NCBI GenBank assembly: GCA_965237525.1
Contig: CBDEFO010000007.1
Location: 672,001-736,000, forward strand
Direction: 5' to 3'
From: Candidatus Latescibacterota bacterium
Lineage (GTDB): Bacteria > Latescibacterota > CBDEFO01
DNA: 64,000 bases
Made by a program: the position numbers and the translations under genes. The notes under the pieces are model-generated. The model searched no databases. It saw only the letters and a program-made list of their open reading frames with translations, and had not been told where the DNA came from. Shown piece after piece: positions 41,608 through 52,433 of this stretch (the stretch's first letter is position 1; every line of letters begins with the position of its first letter).

Positions 41608-42585
41608 ATGATCCTAGCTGGGGATGTAGGCGGTACGAAGGCACGGTTGGCGCTTTACCAACTGGAAGATGGGAAGCTTATGCGCCAGCAGATGGAAACG
41701 TTTGTAAGCCGTGACTTTGCCAGTTTAGAAGACATAATACGTACTTTTCTCTGCAAGAATTCGTGTTCCCCTGCGAAAGCCTGTTTTGGCGTTCCGGGTC
41801 CGGTTATGAAAGGGCATGCACAGGTAACGAACTTGCCCTGGCTTTTGGATGAAGCACGTATTGCCGCTGGTCTTTCTATTTCATCCTTTAAGTTACTCAA
41901 TGATCTTGTGGCAACTGCTATGGCGATACCCCTCCTTGCTCAGGATGATCTGGTCACTTTGCACAAAGGTGAGCCAGTAGATGAGGGAGCAACCTGTGCT
42001 GTGCTTGCTCCTGGTACCGGTCTTGGCATGGCCTTTTTGCATAACGACTCTGGCCGGTGCCGCGCCTTAGCATCTGAAGGAGGGCATGTGGACTTTGCTC
42101 CCACAACAGAGGTAGAAATCAAACTCCTCAAATATCTGAAAGCAAAATTTGGTCGCGTCAGCTATGAACGTGTGCTTTCCGGACCCGGGTTGGTTAATAT
42201 CTACAACTTTCTTAAGGAAAGCGGTTTTGCTCCTGAACCTCCGGAACTGGAAAAACGGCTTCAAAGGGAGGATCCTGCCGCTGTAATCTCTACTGCGGGC
42301 GAAGGCGGTCAGTATGAGCTTTGTGTGAAGGCACTGGATATTTTTGCTTCTATCCTGGGGTCCCAGGCCGGCAATATAGTACTGGCTACCCTGGCTACCG
42401 GCGGCATTTATCTCGGCGGTGGAATCCCGCCAAAAATATGTGAGAAGTTGCAGGATGGCACGACAGTGTCAGCTTACCTGAAGAAAGGACGGCTGTCAGA
42501 GTTAGTCAAAGCTACACCTTTGTATGTGATTCTCAATGACCATGCGGCACTTCTCGGGGCGGCATACTTCGCTTCGACGCTTTGA
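41608..42585 (+). CDS. glk: Glucokinase
   Basis: Motifs MILAGDVGGTKAR, NLPW, LLND, APGTGLG, SEGGH and ERVLSGPGL. Confidence 0.95.
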   Translation: MILAGDVGGTKARLALYQLEDGKLMRQQMETFVSRDFASLEDIIRTFLCKNSCSPAKACFGVPGPVMKGHAQVTNLPWLLDEARIAAGLSISSFKLLNDLVATAMAIPLLAQDDLVTLHKGEPVDEGATCAVLAPGTGLGMAFLHNDSGRCRALASEGGHVDFAPTTEVEIKLLKYLKAKFGRVSYERVLSGPGLVNIYNFLKESGFAPEPPELEKRLQREDPAAVISTAGEGGQYELCVKALDIFASILGSQAGNIVLATLATGGIYLGGGIPPKICEKLQDGTTVSAYLKKGRLSELVKATPLYVILNDHAALLGAAYFASTL

Positions 42586-42600
42586 CAGAGAAGGAGTTAG

Positions 42601-42849
42601 CCCGATTAATTCATAAACTTGGTGGAGTCATGGCGAGGAGCAAAGCGGTCCCCGATTGAGTCTATCGGGGAAGCAATCTCTAGGTTTTATAGTGGTGTCC
42701 CATGAGAGTCGGAGAGTATTACATCTATCACAGAATCGAGATTTCTTCGCCTTCGGCTCGCAATGACACCGAAGGTGGTTAAACGGCATAACTATAATAT
42801 AATACAATCCCTTAATTAATGCACGGCCTTTTTGTGTGAATTATTCGCG
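42601..42849 (+). mobile_element. MITE, long subfamily, copy 2
   Basis: Near-identical to 4290-4538. TTAG at 42597-42600 and again at 42851-42854, so the right end is ambiguous by 1 bp. Confidence 0.9.
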
Positions 42850-42861
42850 TTTAGGTAGAAA

Positions 42862-43536
42862 ATGCGTAAAATAACAAAATCCTCTTTGTGTCCGCTTCTG
42901 CGCCTGGTGTTTCTTGGCATGTGGCTTTTTAGTTGTCCATTGTGGGCACAGGAAAAAGCGATCAAGTCGCAATATCCCTTGATGTCGCCGAAACTCGGTG
43001 AACGCTGCATCGTCTGTGGAGTCCTGTTGACAGAAAACGACACAGTATTGATCGTTCGCGGCCGTCGGGTGCCATTAAAAAGAGCGATGGTCGATTCGTT
43101 CTTGAGTAATCAGGAAAAGTACTTTTCCCAAAAGCAGCCGAAAAGCGCCTTATTTCAGGAGGAACTTGATGTCCCGGTCGGTGTTGCACAAGGCGGAATC
43201 AGTTTGAGCTGGTTCCTCATCGGCCTCTACACGTTAGTCGGGCTCATTTTCGGCGGAATGAGCGGGTACACTGCGGTGTCAAAGGGTTTTTCACCGATCC
43301 CTCATTTTTTCATCGGTCTACTGTTCAACGTGTTCGGCTATCTGTACGTGTTGACGCGGAAAGCCACCGCCCAGAAAGGCGAGATACCAGCCGGGCTGGT
43401 CAAAGTACCGATAACGCATGCGCCAGTTCCCTGCTGGGAGTGCGGCAGGACCAATCACCCGTCAGCCAGACACTGCGCAGACTGCGGAGCCGAATTAGAG
43501 CCGAAAATAGAGTCAGAAGTAGATCGGACGTCCTAA
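42862..43536 (+). CDS. Membrane protein with an exported CxxC (YHS/TRASH-like) domain and a C-terminal zinc ribbon
   Basis: Signal peptide, CIVC...FLSNQEKYF, two TM helices, then CWEC...CADC. Confidence 0.7.
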   Translation: MRKITKSSLCPLLRLVFLGMWLFSCPLWAQEKAIKSQYPLMSPKLGERCIVCGVLLTENDTVLIVRGRRVPLKRAMVDSFLSNQEKYFSQKQPKSALFQEELDVPVGVAQGGISLSWFLIGLYTLVGLIFGGMSGYTAVSKGFSPIPHFFIGLLFNVFGYLYVLTRKATAQKGEIPAGLVKVPITHAPVPCWECGRTNHPSARHCADCGAELEPKIESEVDRTS

Positions 43537-43698
43537 ATAAACCAGTATCATTGCGAGGCGGCGTGGGCACTGTGTGCGTTGCTGCCACCGTTTTTTGCAG
43601 GGGGCACGAAGTGAGAAGAAGCCACGAAGTGGGTGGGTGAAGCAATCCCCGATTGAATCTATCGGGGACAATCTCAAATAAACTGAGGTTATACATTA

Positions 43699-46050
43699 AT
43701 GCCGAAAAAACGAGAGCAACTGTCTTTAGGAGATAAAATCAAAGATCAGATTGTCAAGATTCTTCACTCCGGAAGCAGCCAGAACGAGCGTCCCTATCTG
43801 AAGAAGCACAATGAGAGCAACGTTCCCGGATTGTATATAATCGGAGACCTTGCCGGCGCGCCGGTTATTAAATATGCCATGAAGCAAGGGTACGATATCA
43901 TAGAGGACATCGCTTCGTTGGCCGGCGCTATCGGTGGAGATGACCCTGATCTTTTCGACGCAGTTATCATTGGCGCTGGTGCGGCCGGTTTGAATGCGGC
44001 GCTGCAAGCCAGAGAGCGCGGCATGCGTTACCTCCTCCTTGAGAAAGAGAAGCTCGCCAACACCATTGAAAATTTCCCCGAAGGCAAATGGGTGTACGCG
44101 GAACCCGATAGCCAGCCGCCCCAAGGTAAGCTCTGGCTCGATGGCGCCAGTAAGGAGGATTTGATCAAGCGTTGGCAACAGATCGTCAATGACAATCAAC
44201 TCAACGTGCGAACAGCAGAAGGGGTGACCAGTTGTGAGAAAAAAGACGGCATCTTTCATGTCCAAACGTCCAAAGGGGTATATCGCTCCAAACGGGTCGT
44301 ATTGGCAACCGGACAGCGGGGGAACCCGCGCAAACTCAATGCGACCGGTGAGGATCGGGAGCAAGTTTACCACCGTCTCTACTCACCGCGCAAGTACAAA
44401 AATGAGAACATCCTTGTAGTTGGAGGCGGAAACAGCGCTGTCGAAGCGGCGATCACACTTAGCGAAAGAAACAAGGTCTATCTTTCCTACCGCGGCGGTG
44501 AATTTGCAAGGATCTTCAAGGACAACAGAGAAAAGCTCGATGAAAAGATCGCCACCAAAAAGATAGAGCCACTTTTAAACTCCAATGTGGTTGAATTCGG
44601 AGAAGATCAAGCCACGTTGAAGATGGATCGCGTCGGGTCCAAAGATACTCAAAAGGTCCCCTGCGACCACGCTTTTGTCTTAATTGGCGCCGAGGTGCCG
44701 CGTGATTTTCTCAAATCGATCGGCATCAAAATGGAAAACGAGTGGGAGGGGAGCATCCTGCGCTCCCTCGCTCTGGTACTCTTGGGCTTCATCGGGCTGT
44801 GGATTTTCGGAGTGCGGTTCGGTGGACATGCATCGCTTGCTGGGGTTGACCTGTCGTTTATTCCCGGGTGGATCGGCTTTCTGATCTGGGCGCTAGGACT
44901 TTATGGATTGATCCACTTTGGGAAAAAAGGTGACCGCTTCGCCTGGTTAGGGTTATCGTTCTTCGTCTGCTACACGGTCTACGGCGCCAAACTCGGTGCG
45001 GGTGAGGAGTTCTGGCCATACAGAGATTGGGGCTATAGATTCCTTTCATTCTTTGATCGACCCTGGTCATTTTGGTACACAGTCCTCTACACGACCTTAA
45101 TGACCGTCTTCGGCTTGGAGGCGCTCAAACGCTGGGGCCTCGACCGCAAGGACAAATTCCAAATCTGGCGCTACGTCAGTCTGATCAGCTTCCAGTTGAT
45201 CTTCTTCTTTCTCATACCCGAGTTCCTCTTTCAATATGCGGTCAAATACCAGTGGGTCGGCGAAAATTTAGCTAACGATCCGGTCTTTGCAGAGCAGGCA
45301 TGGCGCAGCTATGGCATCGTCTACGCCTGGCCGCTCTTTTTCTATACTTTTTTTTATAATCCGCATCAGATATGGGTGCTATGGGGCGTGTTTTTGACTT
45401 TTGTGATAATTCCGATTTTTGTCCTCTTTCATGGCAAACGCTATTGTTCGTGGATCTGCGGTTGCGGCGGACTGGCGGAGACATTTGGCGACCGCTGGCG
45501 ACACCTTGCGCCCAAGGGTAAAACCTCAATCAAGTGGGAGCGGATGATTCTGGTGGTGTTGATCTTCGCCGCTGTCGTCACTGTTCTGGTTTTGGTCAAA
45601 GATATTTACGGAGTCATCGCCGGATCTGCGGATTTAGGGATACGTATCTACCGCCTCTGTGCAGACGTCTGGCTGGTCGGGATCTTGCCGGTGACGCTTT
45701 ATCCGTTTATGGGTGGCAAAGTGTGGTGCCGCTACTGGTGCCCGCTGGCGAAATTGATGCATTTGCAATCGAATCTTTTCACCAAGCTCAAATGGAGCAA
45801 ATATAAAATCGTCGCTAACGACAAGTGCATCAGCTGCTACGAGTGCTCGCGCAATTGTGAGGTGGGCATCGACGTAATGAGCTTTGCTTTGAAGCAAGAA
45901 GAGCTGAACACCTTGAACAGCTCCTGCATCGGCTGTGGGATCTGCGTCAGCGTCTGCCCGATGGATGTCTTAAGTTTTGGCAAAGAGCCTGAAAAAGCAA
46001 ATTCTGGACTAGTGAAGTTGTTGAATACCCAAGGCGAGGTTGTCACTTAA
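43699..46050 (+). CDS. NAD(P)/FAD oxidoreductase (TrxB/YpdA-like) fused to a NapH/MauN-like polytopic 4Fe-4S membrane domain
   Basis: IIGAGAAG, VLATG and VVGGGNSAVEAA, a TM region, CSWICGCG, CRYWCP, CISCYECSRNC and CIGCGICVSVCP. Confidence 0.85.
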   Translation: MPKKREQLSLGDKIKDQIVKILHSGSSQNERPYLKKHNESNVPGLYIIGDLAGAPVIKYAMKQGYDIIEDIASLAGAIGGDDPDLFDAVIIGAGAAGLNAALQARERGMRYLLLEKEKLANTIENFPEGKWVYAEPDSQPPQGKLWLDGASKEDLIKRWQQIVNDNQLNVRTAEGVTSCEKKDGIFHVQTSKGVYRSKRVVLATGQRGNPRKLNATGEDREQVYHRLYSPRKYKNENILVVGGGNSAVEAAITLSERNKVYLSYRGGEFARIFKDNREKLDEKIATKKIEPLLNSNVVEFGEDQATLKMDRVGSKDTQKVPCDHAFVLIGAEVPRDFLKSIGIKMENEWEGSILRSLALVLLGFIGLWIFGVRFGGHASLAGVDLSFIPGWIGFLIWALGLYGLIHFGKKGDRFAWLGLSFFVCYTVYGAKLGAGEEFWPYRDWGYRFLSFFDRPWSFWYTVLYTTLMTVFGLEALKRWGLDRKDKFQIWRYVSLISFQLIFFFLIPEFLFQYAVKYQWVGENLANDPVFAEQAWRSYGIVYAWPLFFYTFFYNPHQIWVLWGVFLTFVIIPIFVLFHGKRYCSWICGCGGLAETFGDRWRHLAPKGKTSIKWERMILVVLIFAAVVTVLVLVKDIYGVIAGSADLGIRIYRLCADVWLVGILPVTLYPFMGGKVWCRYWCPLAKLMHLQSNLFTKLKWSKYKIVANDKCISCYECSRNCEVGIDVMSFALKQEELNTLNSSCIGCGICVSVCPMDVLSFGKEPEKANSGLVKLLNTQGEVVT

Positions 46051-46354
46051 AATAGTAGACGGTGAGATTGGTTCTGGTTCTGCTTCGTGTCTCGTTCGGG
46101 GTCGAAACTCCTGACGGCGTCGGGGCTTGGCACCTCGCAATGACTAAGGGTAAAATCCAAGCAACGTCATTGCGAGTCCTCGATTGAGTCCCCGATTGAG
46201 TCTATTGCGGGGGGGGATCGGGGAAGCCCAGAGCGAAGCGAAGGGTCAGCGAAGTAATCTCACCTCGAAAGGAGACGCGAAGCGGAGTTCTGTGGTTGAA
46301 ACGGCTTTTGCAGGACTTCTTTCACCTAGCCACTGATATTAAAGGGAAACTACT

Positions 46355-47773
46355 ATGAACAAACAGGAATTCGGTTTGATAGGCCTGGGTGTTATGGGAC
46401 AAAACTTCGTGCTCAATGTTGAGCGAAACGGGTTTAGTGTGTCCGTTTACAACCGAACTCTTTCAAGGACGACCGCCTTTGTTGAGGACGAAGCAGTGGG
46501 GAAAAATATCCAGCCGAGCTACGCTCTGGAGGAATTTGTGGCGTCTTTGGAAAGACCGCGCCGCATCATGCTTCTGGTCAAAGCAGGAGCGCCTGTAGAT
46601 GCTACTATTGGTCAACTTGTGCCTCTATTAGACGAAAATGACCTGATTATAGACGGGGGCAACTCCTGTTTTCTGGATACGGGGCGGCGTGCAAAAGAGC
46701 TAGAGGCTTACGGGATCAACTTTTTGGGTATGGGAGTTTCAGGCGGAGAAGAAGGCGCCCTGTGGGGACCGAGCCTGATGCCCGGCGGCTCTCCTGAGGC
46801 TTACAGGAAAGTTGAACCGATTATGAAAGCTGTAGCCGCCCAGGCAGGGGAAGACAGGGAACCTTGTGTAACCTATATCGGACCGGGGGGTTCTGGGCAT
46901 TACGTAAAGATGATTCACAACGGCATCGAGTACGGCGATATGCAGCTTATAGCGGAGGCATATGATCTCCTCAAAGGCGCTTTAGATCTTTCAGCGCTGG
47001 AATTCCATCAGCTTTTCTCTGAATGGAATGAGTCAGGACTTTCCTCTTTTCTTATCGAAATCACTGCCAAAGTTTTCGAGAAGATAGATGGAGAGACTGG
47101 AAAGCCGTTAGTTGACGTTATCCTGGACAAGGCAGGTCAAAAGGGAACGGGAAGATGGACCAGCCAAAACGCCCTGGAGTTGGGAGCCGCAATACCCACA
47201 ATTACCGCCGCTGTGGACGGACGTATCCTATCGGCGCAAAAAGATGAACGCGTTGCGGCGGCTAAGATCTTAAAGGGTCCGTCGGGAAAATATAGCGGCT
47301 CCTCACAGGAGTTGATAGATTCGGTCAAAGATGCGCTCTATGCGGCTAAAATCTGCTCTTATGCCCAAGGGATGAGCCTGCTTAGAACAGCTTCAGGAGA
47401 ATACGAGTACAATCTGAACTTAGGCGCTATTGCGAAGATATGGCGCGCAGGCTGTATTATCAGAGCAAGGCTCCTTGATGACATCACGAACGCCTATCTT
47501 CGCAATGGGAATTTGCCCAACCTCCTCGTTGACGAAGAATTCCGAAAGGCGATCAACGCCCACCAGGGTGCCTTGCGTTTTTCGATTGGTAAAGCTGTAG
47601 CGTTAGGCGTCCCCGTTCCAGCTATGAGCGCTTCACTGGCTTATTATGATGCCTACCGCAGCGAACGACTGCCTGCTAACTTGATCCAAGCGCAGAGGGA
47701 TTTGTTCGGAGCCCACACCTTCCAGCGCATCGATAAGCCGGGCATTTATCATGCCGATTGGGATATGGAATAA
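46355..47773 (+). CDS. gndA: 6-phosphogluconate dehydrogenase, NADP-dependent, decarboxylating
   Basis: Motifs GLIGLGVMG, VYNRT, GVSGGEEGA, KMIHNGIEY and QAQRDLFGAHT. Confidence 0.97.
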   Translation: MNKQEFGLIGLGVMGQNFVLNVERNGFSVSVYNRTLSRTTAFVEDEAVGKNIQPSYALEEFVASLERPRRIMLLVKAGAPVDATIGQLVPLLDENDLIIDGGNSCFLDTGRRAKELEAYGINFLGMGVSGGEEGALWGPSLMPGGSPEAYRKVEPIMKAVAAQAGEDREPCVTYIGPGGSGHYVKMIHNGIEYGDMQLIAEAYDLLKGALDLSALEFHQLFSEWNESGLSSFLIEITAKVFEKIDGETGKPLVDVILDKAGQKGTGRWTSQNALELGAAIPTITAAVDGRILSAQKDERVAAAKILKGPSGKYSGSSQELIDSVKDALYAAKICSYAQGMSLLRTASGEYEYNLNLGAIAKIWRAGCIIRARLLDDITNAYLRNGNLPNLLVDEEFRKAINAHQGALRFSIGKAVALGVPVPAMSASLAYYDAYRSERLPANLIQAQRDLFGAHTFQRIDKPGIYHADWDME

Positions 47774-47828
47774 TCTCACAGCGGATAGGGTTCGCTAAGT
47801 AAGGACTCAAACTGACGAGGAGCATAAA

Positions 47829-49376
47829 ATGGATCGATCCACACCCACCGTTATCGTTATCTTCGGTGCGTCGGGGGATTTAACGAAACGAAAATTGATA
47901 CCGGCCCTTTTTCAATTAGCCCACGAGGGTCTGCTCCCAGAACATACTCAGATTGTAGGCTTTGCCCGGAGGCCGAAATCGCACGATCAGTTTCGGGCTG
48001 AAATGGAAGAGGCCGTGACGAATTTTTCCCGAGCTCGGTCCGCAAAAGGCTCAAAAGAGTGGTCTGACTTTGCCTTACGCCTTTACTACCACACAGCAAG
48101 CTTCGAAGATGCCCTTGGATTCGTCGGTCTAAAAGATTTACTTGGCCAGCTCGATAGAGATAAGGGGATTCCTCCCGACACTGGCAATCGCCTCTTCTAT
48201 CTTTCTACTTCTCCCGATGTCTTCCCTGATATCATGCCCATGCTGGAGGCAGCCGAACTCATCGCAGATCCATATGATGAGAGCCGCTGGACCCGCGTGA
48301 TTGTGGAAAAACCGTTCGGGCGAGATCTGGATTCGGCCCGTAGCTTGAACAGGGACATACTGTCGATATTAGACGAAGGCCAGGTTTACCGGATTGACCA
48401 CTATTTAGGCAAAGAGACGGTCCAAAATATTATGGCCTTCCGCTTCGGCAACAGCATCTTTGAGCCTCTGTGGAATCGCCGGTACGTCGATCATGTTCAA
48501 ATCACAGTGGCAGAGACCATGGGTGTAGAAGGGCGCGGCGGCTATTACGATCGTTCAGGGGCTCTGCGCGACGTGGTGCAAAATCACATGCTGCAGCTTT
48601 TGGCCCTGGTAGCCATGGAACCGCCTGCTTCCTTTGCGCCCGATGCTGTGCGAGGTGAAAAGGTGAAGGTTTTAAGCGCCCTGCGTCCCATTTTGCCAGA
48701 TGAGGTGGGTAAATATGCCATCCGCGGTCAATACACCACCGGATCTATTAATGGACGGGCGATCCCCGATTATCGCACGGAGTCGAATGTGGATCCTAAC
48801 TCTTCCACTGAAACCTACGTAGCCTTAAAGTTACATGTTGACAACTGGCGCTGGGCGGATGTCCCCTTTTACCTGCGCACTGGAAAAGCCCTGCCGGAGC
48901 GTGTCACTGAAATTACTATCCAGTTTAAACAGCCTCCGTTAGCCCTTTTTGGCCATGCCTACCACGACGGCCATAAAAAAGCTGATAAAATGCAGCCTAA
49001 CACCCTGCGTCTTCGGGTCCAGCCCGATGAGGGCATCAGCTTAAATTTCGGTCTGAAAATCCCCGGTCCACAAATGATTTTGCAACCCACCGATATGGAA
49101 TTTTACTATAACAAAGTCTTCGATGCCGAACCTCCTGAAGCCTATGAGCGTCTCATTCTGGACGCTATCTTGGGTGACAGCACCCTCTTTATCCGCCACG
49201 ATGAGGTAGAGGCCGCCTGGAAGCTAATTGACGGTGTCCTGGAAGGTTGGGCACAAGATAGCCCGCCCCCGATTTACCCTTATCGGGCCGGTAGCTGGGG
49301 TCCACACACGGCAGATGAGTTTATAGAAAAAGATGGCAGAAGGTGGGTAGCATTAACGATAGGCTGTGATACTTAA
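47829..49376 (+). CDS. zwf: Glucose-6-phosphate 1-dehydrogenase
   Basis: Motifs IFGASGDL, EKPFG and RIDHYLGKETVQN. Confidence 0.98.
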   Translation: MDRSTPTVIVIFGASGDLTKRKLIPALFQLAHEGLLPEHTQIVGFARRPKSHDQFRAEMEEAVTNFSRARSAKGSKEWSDFALRLYYHTASFEDALGFVGLKDLLGQLDRDKGIPPDTGNRLFYLSTSPDVFPDIMPMLEAAELIADPYDESRWTRVIVEKPFGRDLDSARSLNRDILSILDEGQVYRIDHYLGKETVQNIMAFRFGNSIFEPLWNRRYVDHVQITVAETMGVEGRGGYYDRSGALRDVVQNHMLQLLALVAMEPPASFAPDAVRGEKVKVLSALRPILPDEVGKYAIRGQYTTGSINGRAIPDYRTESNVDPNSSTETYVALKLHVDNWRWADVPFYLRTGKALPERVTEITIQFKQPPLALFGHAYHDGHKKADKMQPNTLRLRVQPDEGISLNFGLKIPGPQMILQPTDMEFYYNKVFDAEPPEAYERLILDAILGDSTLFIRHDEVEAAWKLIDGVLEGWAQDSPPPIYPYRAGSWGPHTADEFIEKDGRRWVALTIGCDT

Positions 49377-49506
49377 AAACCTGCGTAACCTGTTGCCTGA
49401 GCACGCCATTGATCTGCAAATATAAACAAAAGGTTTGGCTGTTTAGCTTTCATCAGCTCCTTCTTTGTCCCTTCACATAGTAATCTATTCACCAGTTGCT
49501 GTTTCT

Positions 49507-50268
49507 TTAGTGAAGGGAGTGGTCAGGTGCACTTGCTCCTAAAGTAGTTGTGAGTAACTCACTTTTTTCTTCCGTTGGCAGATTTGAGGGAAAAATTTCT
49601 ACTTCATCAGTCCACCCATCAGTACCTTCACAATTAACAGACACTTCAACCTTAAAGGGTTCTAACTTCTTGCCTTCATCGAGAACCATTCTAATCCAAA
49701 TAGTTATAGGTTGTTGCTTATTCCTATTCCAATACAGCAAATTGCTATTGGAAAGTACACCTGTATCTCCAAACTCTAACCAATGAAGCTCCCTCTGGGA
49801 AGAAAACATATTAGAATTGAAGGTGAGTTCTGTGTAATGCCTTTGCCCTTCTTTCTTGTCTTTGGGATGTAGTTTCTTAAGGGGAAGTCTAAAAGTCAAA
49901 ACTGGCTTAACCCAATCGAAGTCTGAAGTATTAGTTATCTCAAATTCAACTTTACGGGAAGTAAAAGGATTAGGATGATCTTGGTAGACTCTTTTCAATG
50001 GTTCTGACAGCTCATCCTTAGGATGTTTATGAATTTCAGCCGAACTAATATGTGCTTTTACTTCCGCCTTCACCTTCTTCCTAGGAGGATCTGCTATAGC
50101 TAGGGCAACAATAACAGTAATCAATACTGCGAGCGTGCCTACAACTTGAACTACATTTCCAATATTAGAGGGTTTCTTCTTTGGTAAATCGTGAATCCAG
50201 AAACAAGATACCACACCCACAAAAACCAGAATCATTATGACGATCCAGTATCCCCACTTAATATTCAT
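49507..50268 (-). CDS. Hypothetical membrane protein, AT-rich
   Basis: 253-aa ORF with two N-terminal TM helices, an AGGAGG RBS, and a minus-strand promoter TTGTCT-N17-TATATT at 50334-50362. Confidence 0.7.
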   Translation of the reverse strand: MNIKWGYWIVIMILVFVGVVSCFWIHDLPKKKPSNIGNVVQVVGTLAVLITVIVALAIADPPRKKVKAEVKAHISSAEIHKHPKDELSEPLKRVYQDHPNPFTSRKVEFEITNTSDFDWVKPVLTFRLPLKKLHPKDKKEGQRHYTELTFNSNMFSSQRELHWLEFGDTGVLSNSNLLYWNRNKQQPITIWIRMVLDEGKKLEPFKVEVSVNCEGTDGWTDEVEIFPSNLPTEEKSELLTTTLGASAPDHSLH

Positions 50269-50621
50269 ATTTTTCTAACCTCCTAGCATTTGCTCCATAT
50301 TTGATCGTAGTAACTCATTTTGATTCTCCCTATAATATACAAAAGTTCAGAGCAGTAGACAAGGATTTATGCCAGTTACCCACAAGTTCCTATGATTCCA
50401 TTGTTAAATCATAGCTTCCACAGAGAGAAACATATAAAACTCCTCGGTAAAAGTCGAGGTCTAATAGCCTCTGAACGAAACAAACGCACGTGATTTTCAT
50501 CCGATTATTTCTTAAAACACATTGACAAACAAAGACAGCAAAGATTATATTTTTGAACGGAATTGTATCGGCATCGAAGCCGTTGCGTATCTTCCTATCT
50601 TGTTTCCACCACGAGGAGAGG

Positions 50622-50970
50622 ATGGCCTCTAAAATCAGAATAGGGTTCATAGGATGTGGGGGCATATCGAACGGTCACGCAAAGAGGATCGCTCAGATTT
50701 AAGAAGGACAGATCCCGAGCTCTCGGGAAGAGGGCAGTTGAACGATTCGGGAAGCCATCTTCCGGATATAATCTTTTGGATGACAGATCTTGGCGTATCT
50801 GAGGTCTCTGCGTTCTGCGATGATTTAGGGACCCCTGTGGATATAAACACCCTTGTGTCGATGTAGTTTGAGAACGGAGCGCAGGGGAAATTACCATAGT
50901 AGGCGGCGCGCCGACGACGTACTTGGAGGACATAAGTATGATGAAAGTCTCCAATTATTAGGATTTGCAC
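50622..50970 (+). pseudogene. Gfo/Idh/MocA oxidoreductase remnant with a large internal deletion
   Basis: MASKIRIGFIGCGGISNGHA...* is joined to DPELSGRGQLNDSGSHLPD...M*FENGAQG. RBS present, and TTGACA at 50522. Confidence 0.8.
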
Positions 50971-51072
50971 TAAAAATAGCTAGGGAAACAATGTTCAAAC
51001 CCCAGACAAAGGGGCGGGATTATTGTCAGAAGGAATTGAGTTCTGAAAGAGACAGAAAAGGGATCTGCACTT

Positions 51073-51372
51073 GTGGCTAATCTGGAGTCCATGATCGAAT
51101 TTGCCAGCGATAGTATTGTGAGCAAGACGGTTGCGGAACAGTCCTGCTGCAAGGTGGTGTTGTTCTGCATGTCGTCCCGACATACGCTGTCCGAGCACAC
51201 AGCGCGTTCCGCCGCCGCGATTCAGATCCTCCAGGGGAGAGGAAAGTTACAGCTGGGAGAAGAAAGCTGTTGTGCCGAGGCGGGCGTCTGGATATACATG
51301 CCTTCAAATTTGCCGCACGCTGTCCAGGCAGAAGAAGACCTCGTGTTTCTGCTCACGTTGTTCCAATTATAG
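51073..51372 (+). CDS. Cupin domain protein
   Basis: Motifs LSEHTA, QILQGRG and MPSNLPHAVQAEED. Confidence 0.8.
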   Translation: MANLESMIEFASDSIVSKTVAEQSCCKVVLFCMSSRHTLSEHTARSAAAIQILQGRGKLQLGEESCCAEAGVWIYMPSNLPHAVQAEEDLVFLLTLFQL

Positions 51373-51627
51373 AAACGATTTACTTTCTCAAGACCGACTG
51401 TGCTCCCAGAGACGTGTGGACAGCATAACGGCAGCGGACAGCGAGATTGCTTCGGGGGATTTCATTCCCCTATCAATGCCTAAGTCAGAACCGAGGAATG
51501 ACAGAAGGCAAGAGCAGCCAGGGATTGAAGATCTCACAAGCAACGTCTTTGCGACCCCCCCCGATTGAATCTATCGGGGATGGCGTTGGGGGCTACTGTT
51601 TACTGGAGAAGGAAGAGGAGGGGTATT

Positions 51628-52383
51628 ATGCGGTTTCTCGACCAGGTAGCCGTAGTTACAGGAGGCGGCAGCGGAATAGGGAAGGCTATCGCCTCTGTTT
51701 TGTCGGAAGAAGGGGCGTCCATAGTGATTATGGACGTGGATAAAGGTGCCACAGACGAGACAGTGCGGGAACTGGGGAAAAATAATGTCAAAACTTTGGG
51801 CCTGGAATGCGATGTCTCCGAAGTAAGACAGGTTCAAAAGGCTTTTGACTCTGCGATAGATCAGTTTGGAAGGATCGACATTCTGGTCAACAACGCAGGT
51901 ATTCAGTTCAACTGCCCGATTGTAGAGCTTTCCCCGGAAGATTGGAAGCGGGTCTTGGGCGTGGATTTAGACGGTGTTTTCTTCTGCAGTCAGGCGGCGG
52001 GACGGTATATGATCGATCAGAAAGGCGGCTGTATCGTGAACATCTCCTCGATAGCAGGGCCTTTTGCCTTCCCAAGGAGAGCGCCCTATTGTGTAAGCAA
52101 ATCCGGGGTGATAGCCCTAACCAAGGTGTTAGCTGCAGAATGGGCGGAATATAACATCCGTGCCAACGCTGTGGCACCCGGATATGTGGAAGCGGGAATA
52201 TTGCTCAAGTTTGCCGAACTTGGACACGTAGACCTGGAAGAGCTCAGGCAAAAGAATCTGATGAAGCGTCTGGCAGATCCTATTGAGGTAGCCCGGACCG
52301 TGGCGTTTCTGGCGTCTCCCGATGCAAGCCACATCACGGGCGAGACGCTCTTTGTGGATGGAGGATACAGCGCGATGAAGTGA
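51628..52383 (+). CDS. SDR family oxidoreductase
   Basis: Motifs VTGGGSGIG, NNAG, YCVSK (YxxxK) and VDGG. RBS before ATG 51628. Confidence 0.92.
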   Translation: MRFLDQVAVVTGGGSGIGKAIASVLSEEGASIVIMDVDKGATDETVRELGKNNVKTLGLECDVSEVRQVQKAFDSAIDQFGRIDILVNNAGIQFNCPIVELSPEDWKRVLGVDLDGVFFCSQAAGRYMIDQKGGCIVNISSIAGPFAFPRRAPYCVSKSGVIALTKVLAAEWAEYNIRANAVAPGYVEAGILLKFAELGHVDLEELRQKNLMKRLADPIEVARTVAFLASPDASHITGETLFVDGGYSAMK

Positions 52384-52433
52384 TAAATGCAAAGGTATCA
52401 CAACATCGCAATAAGCCCTGTCGATCCTGTAGC

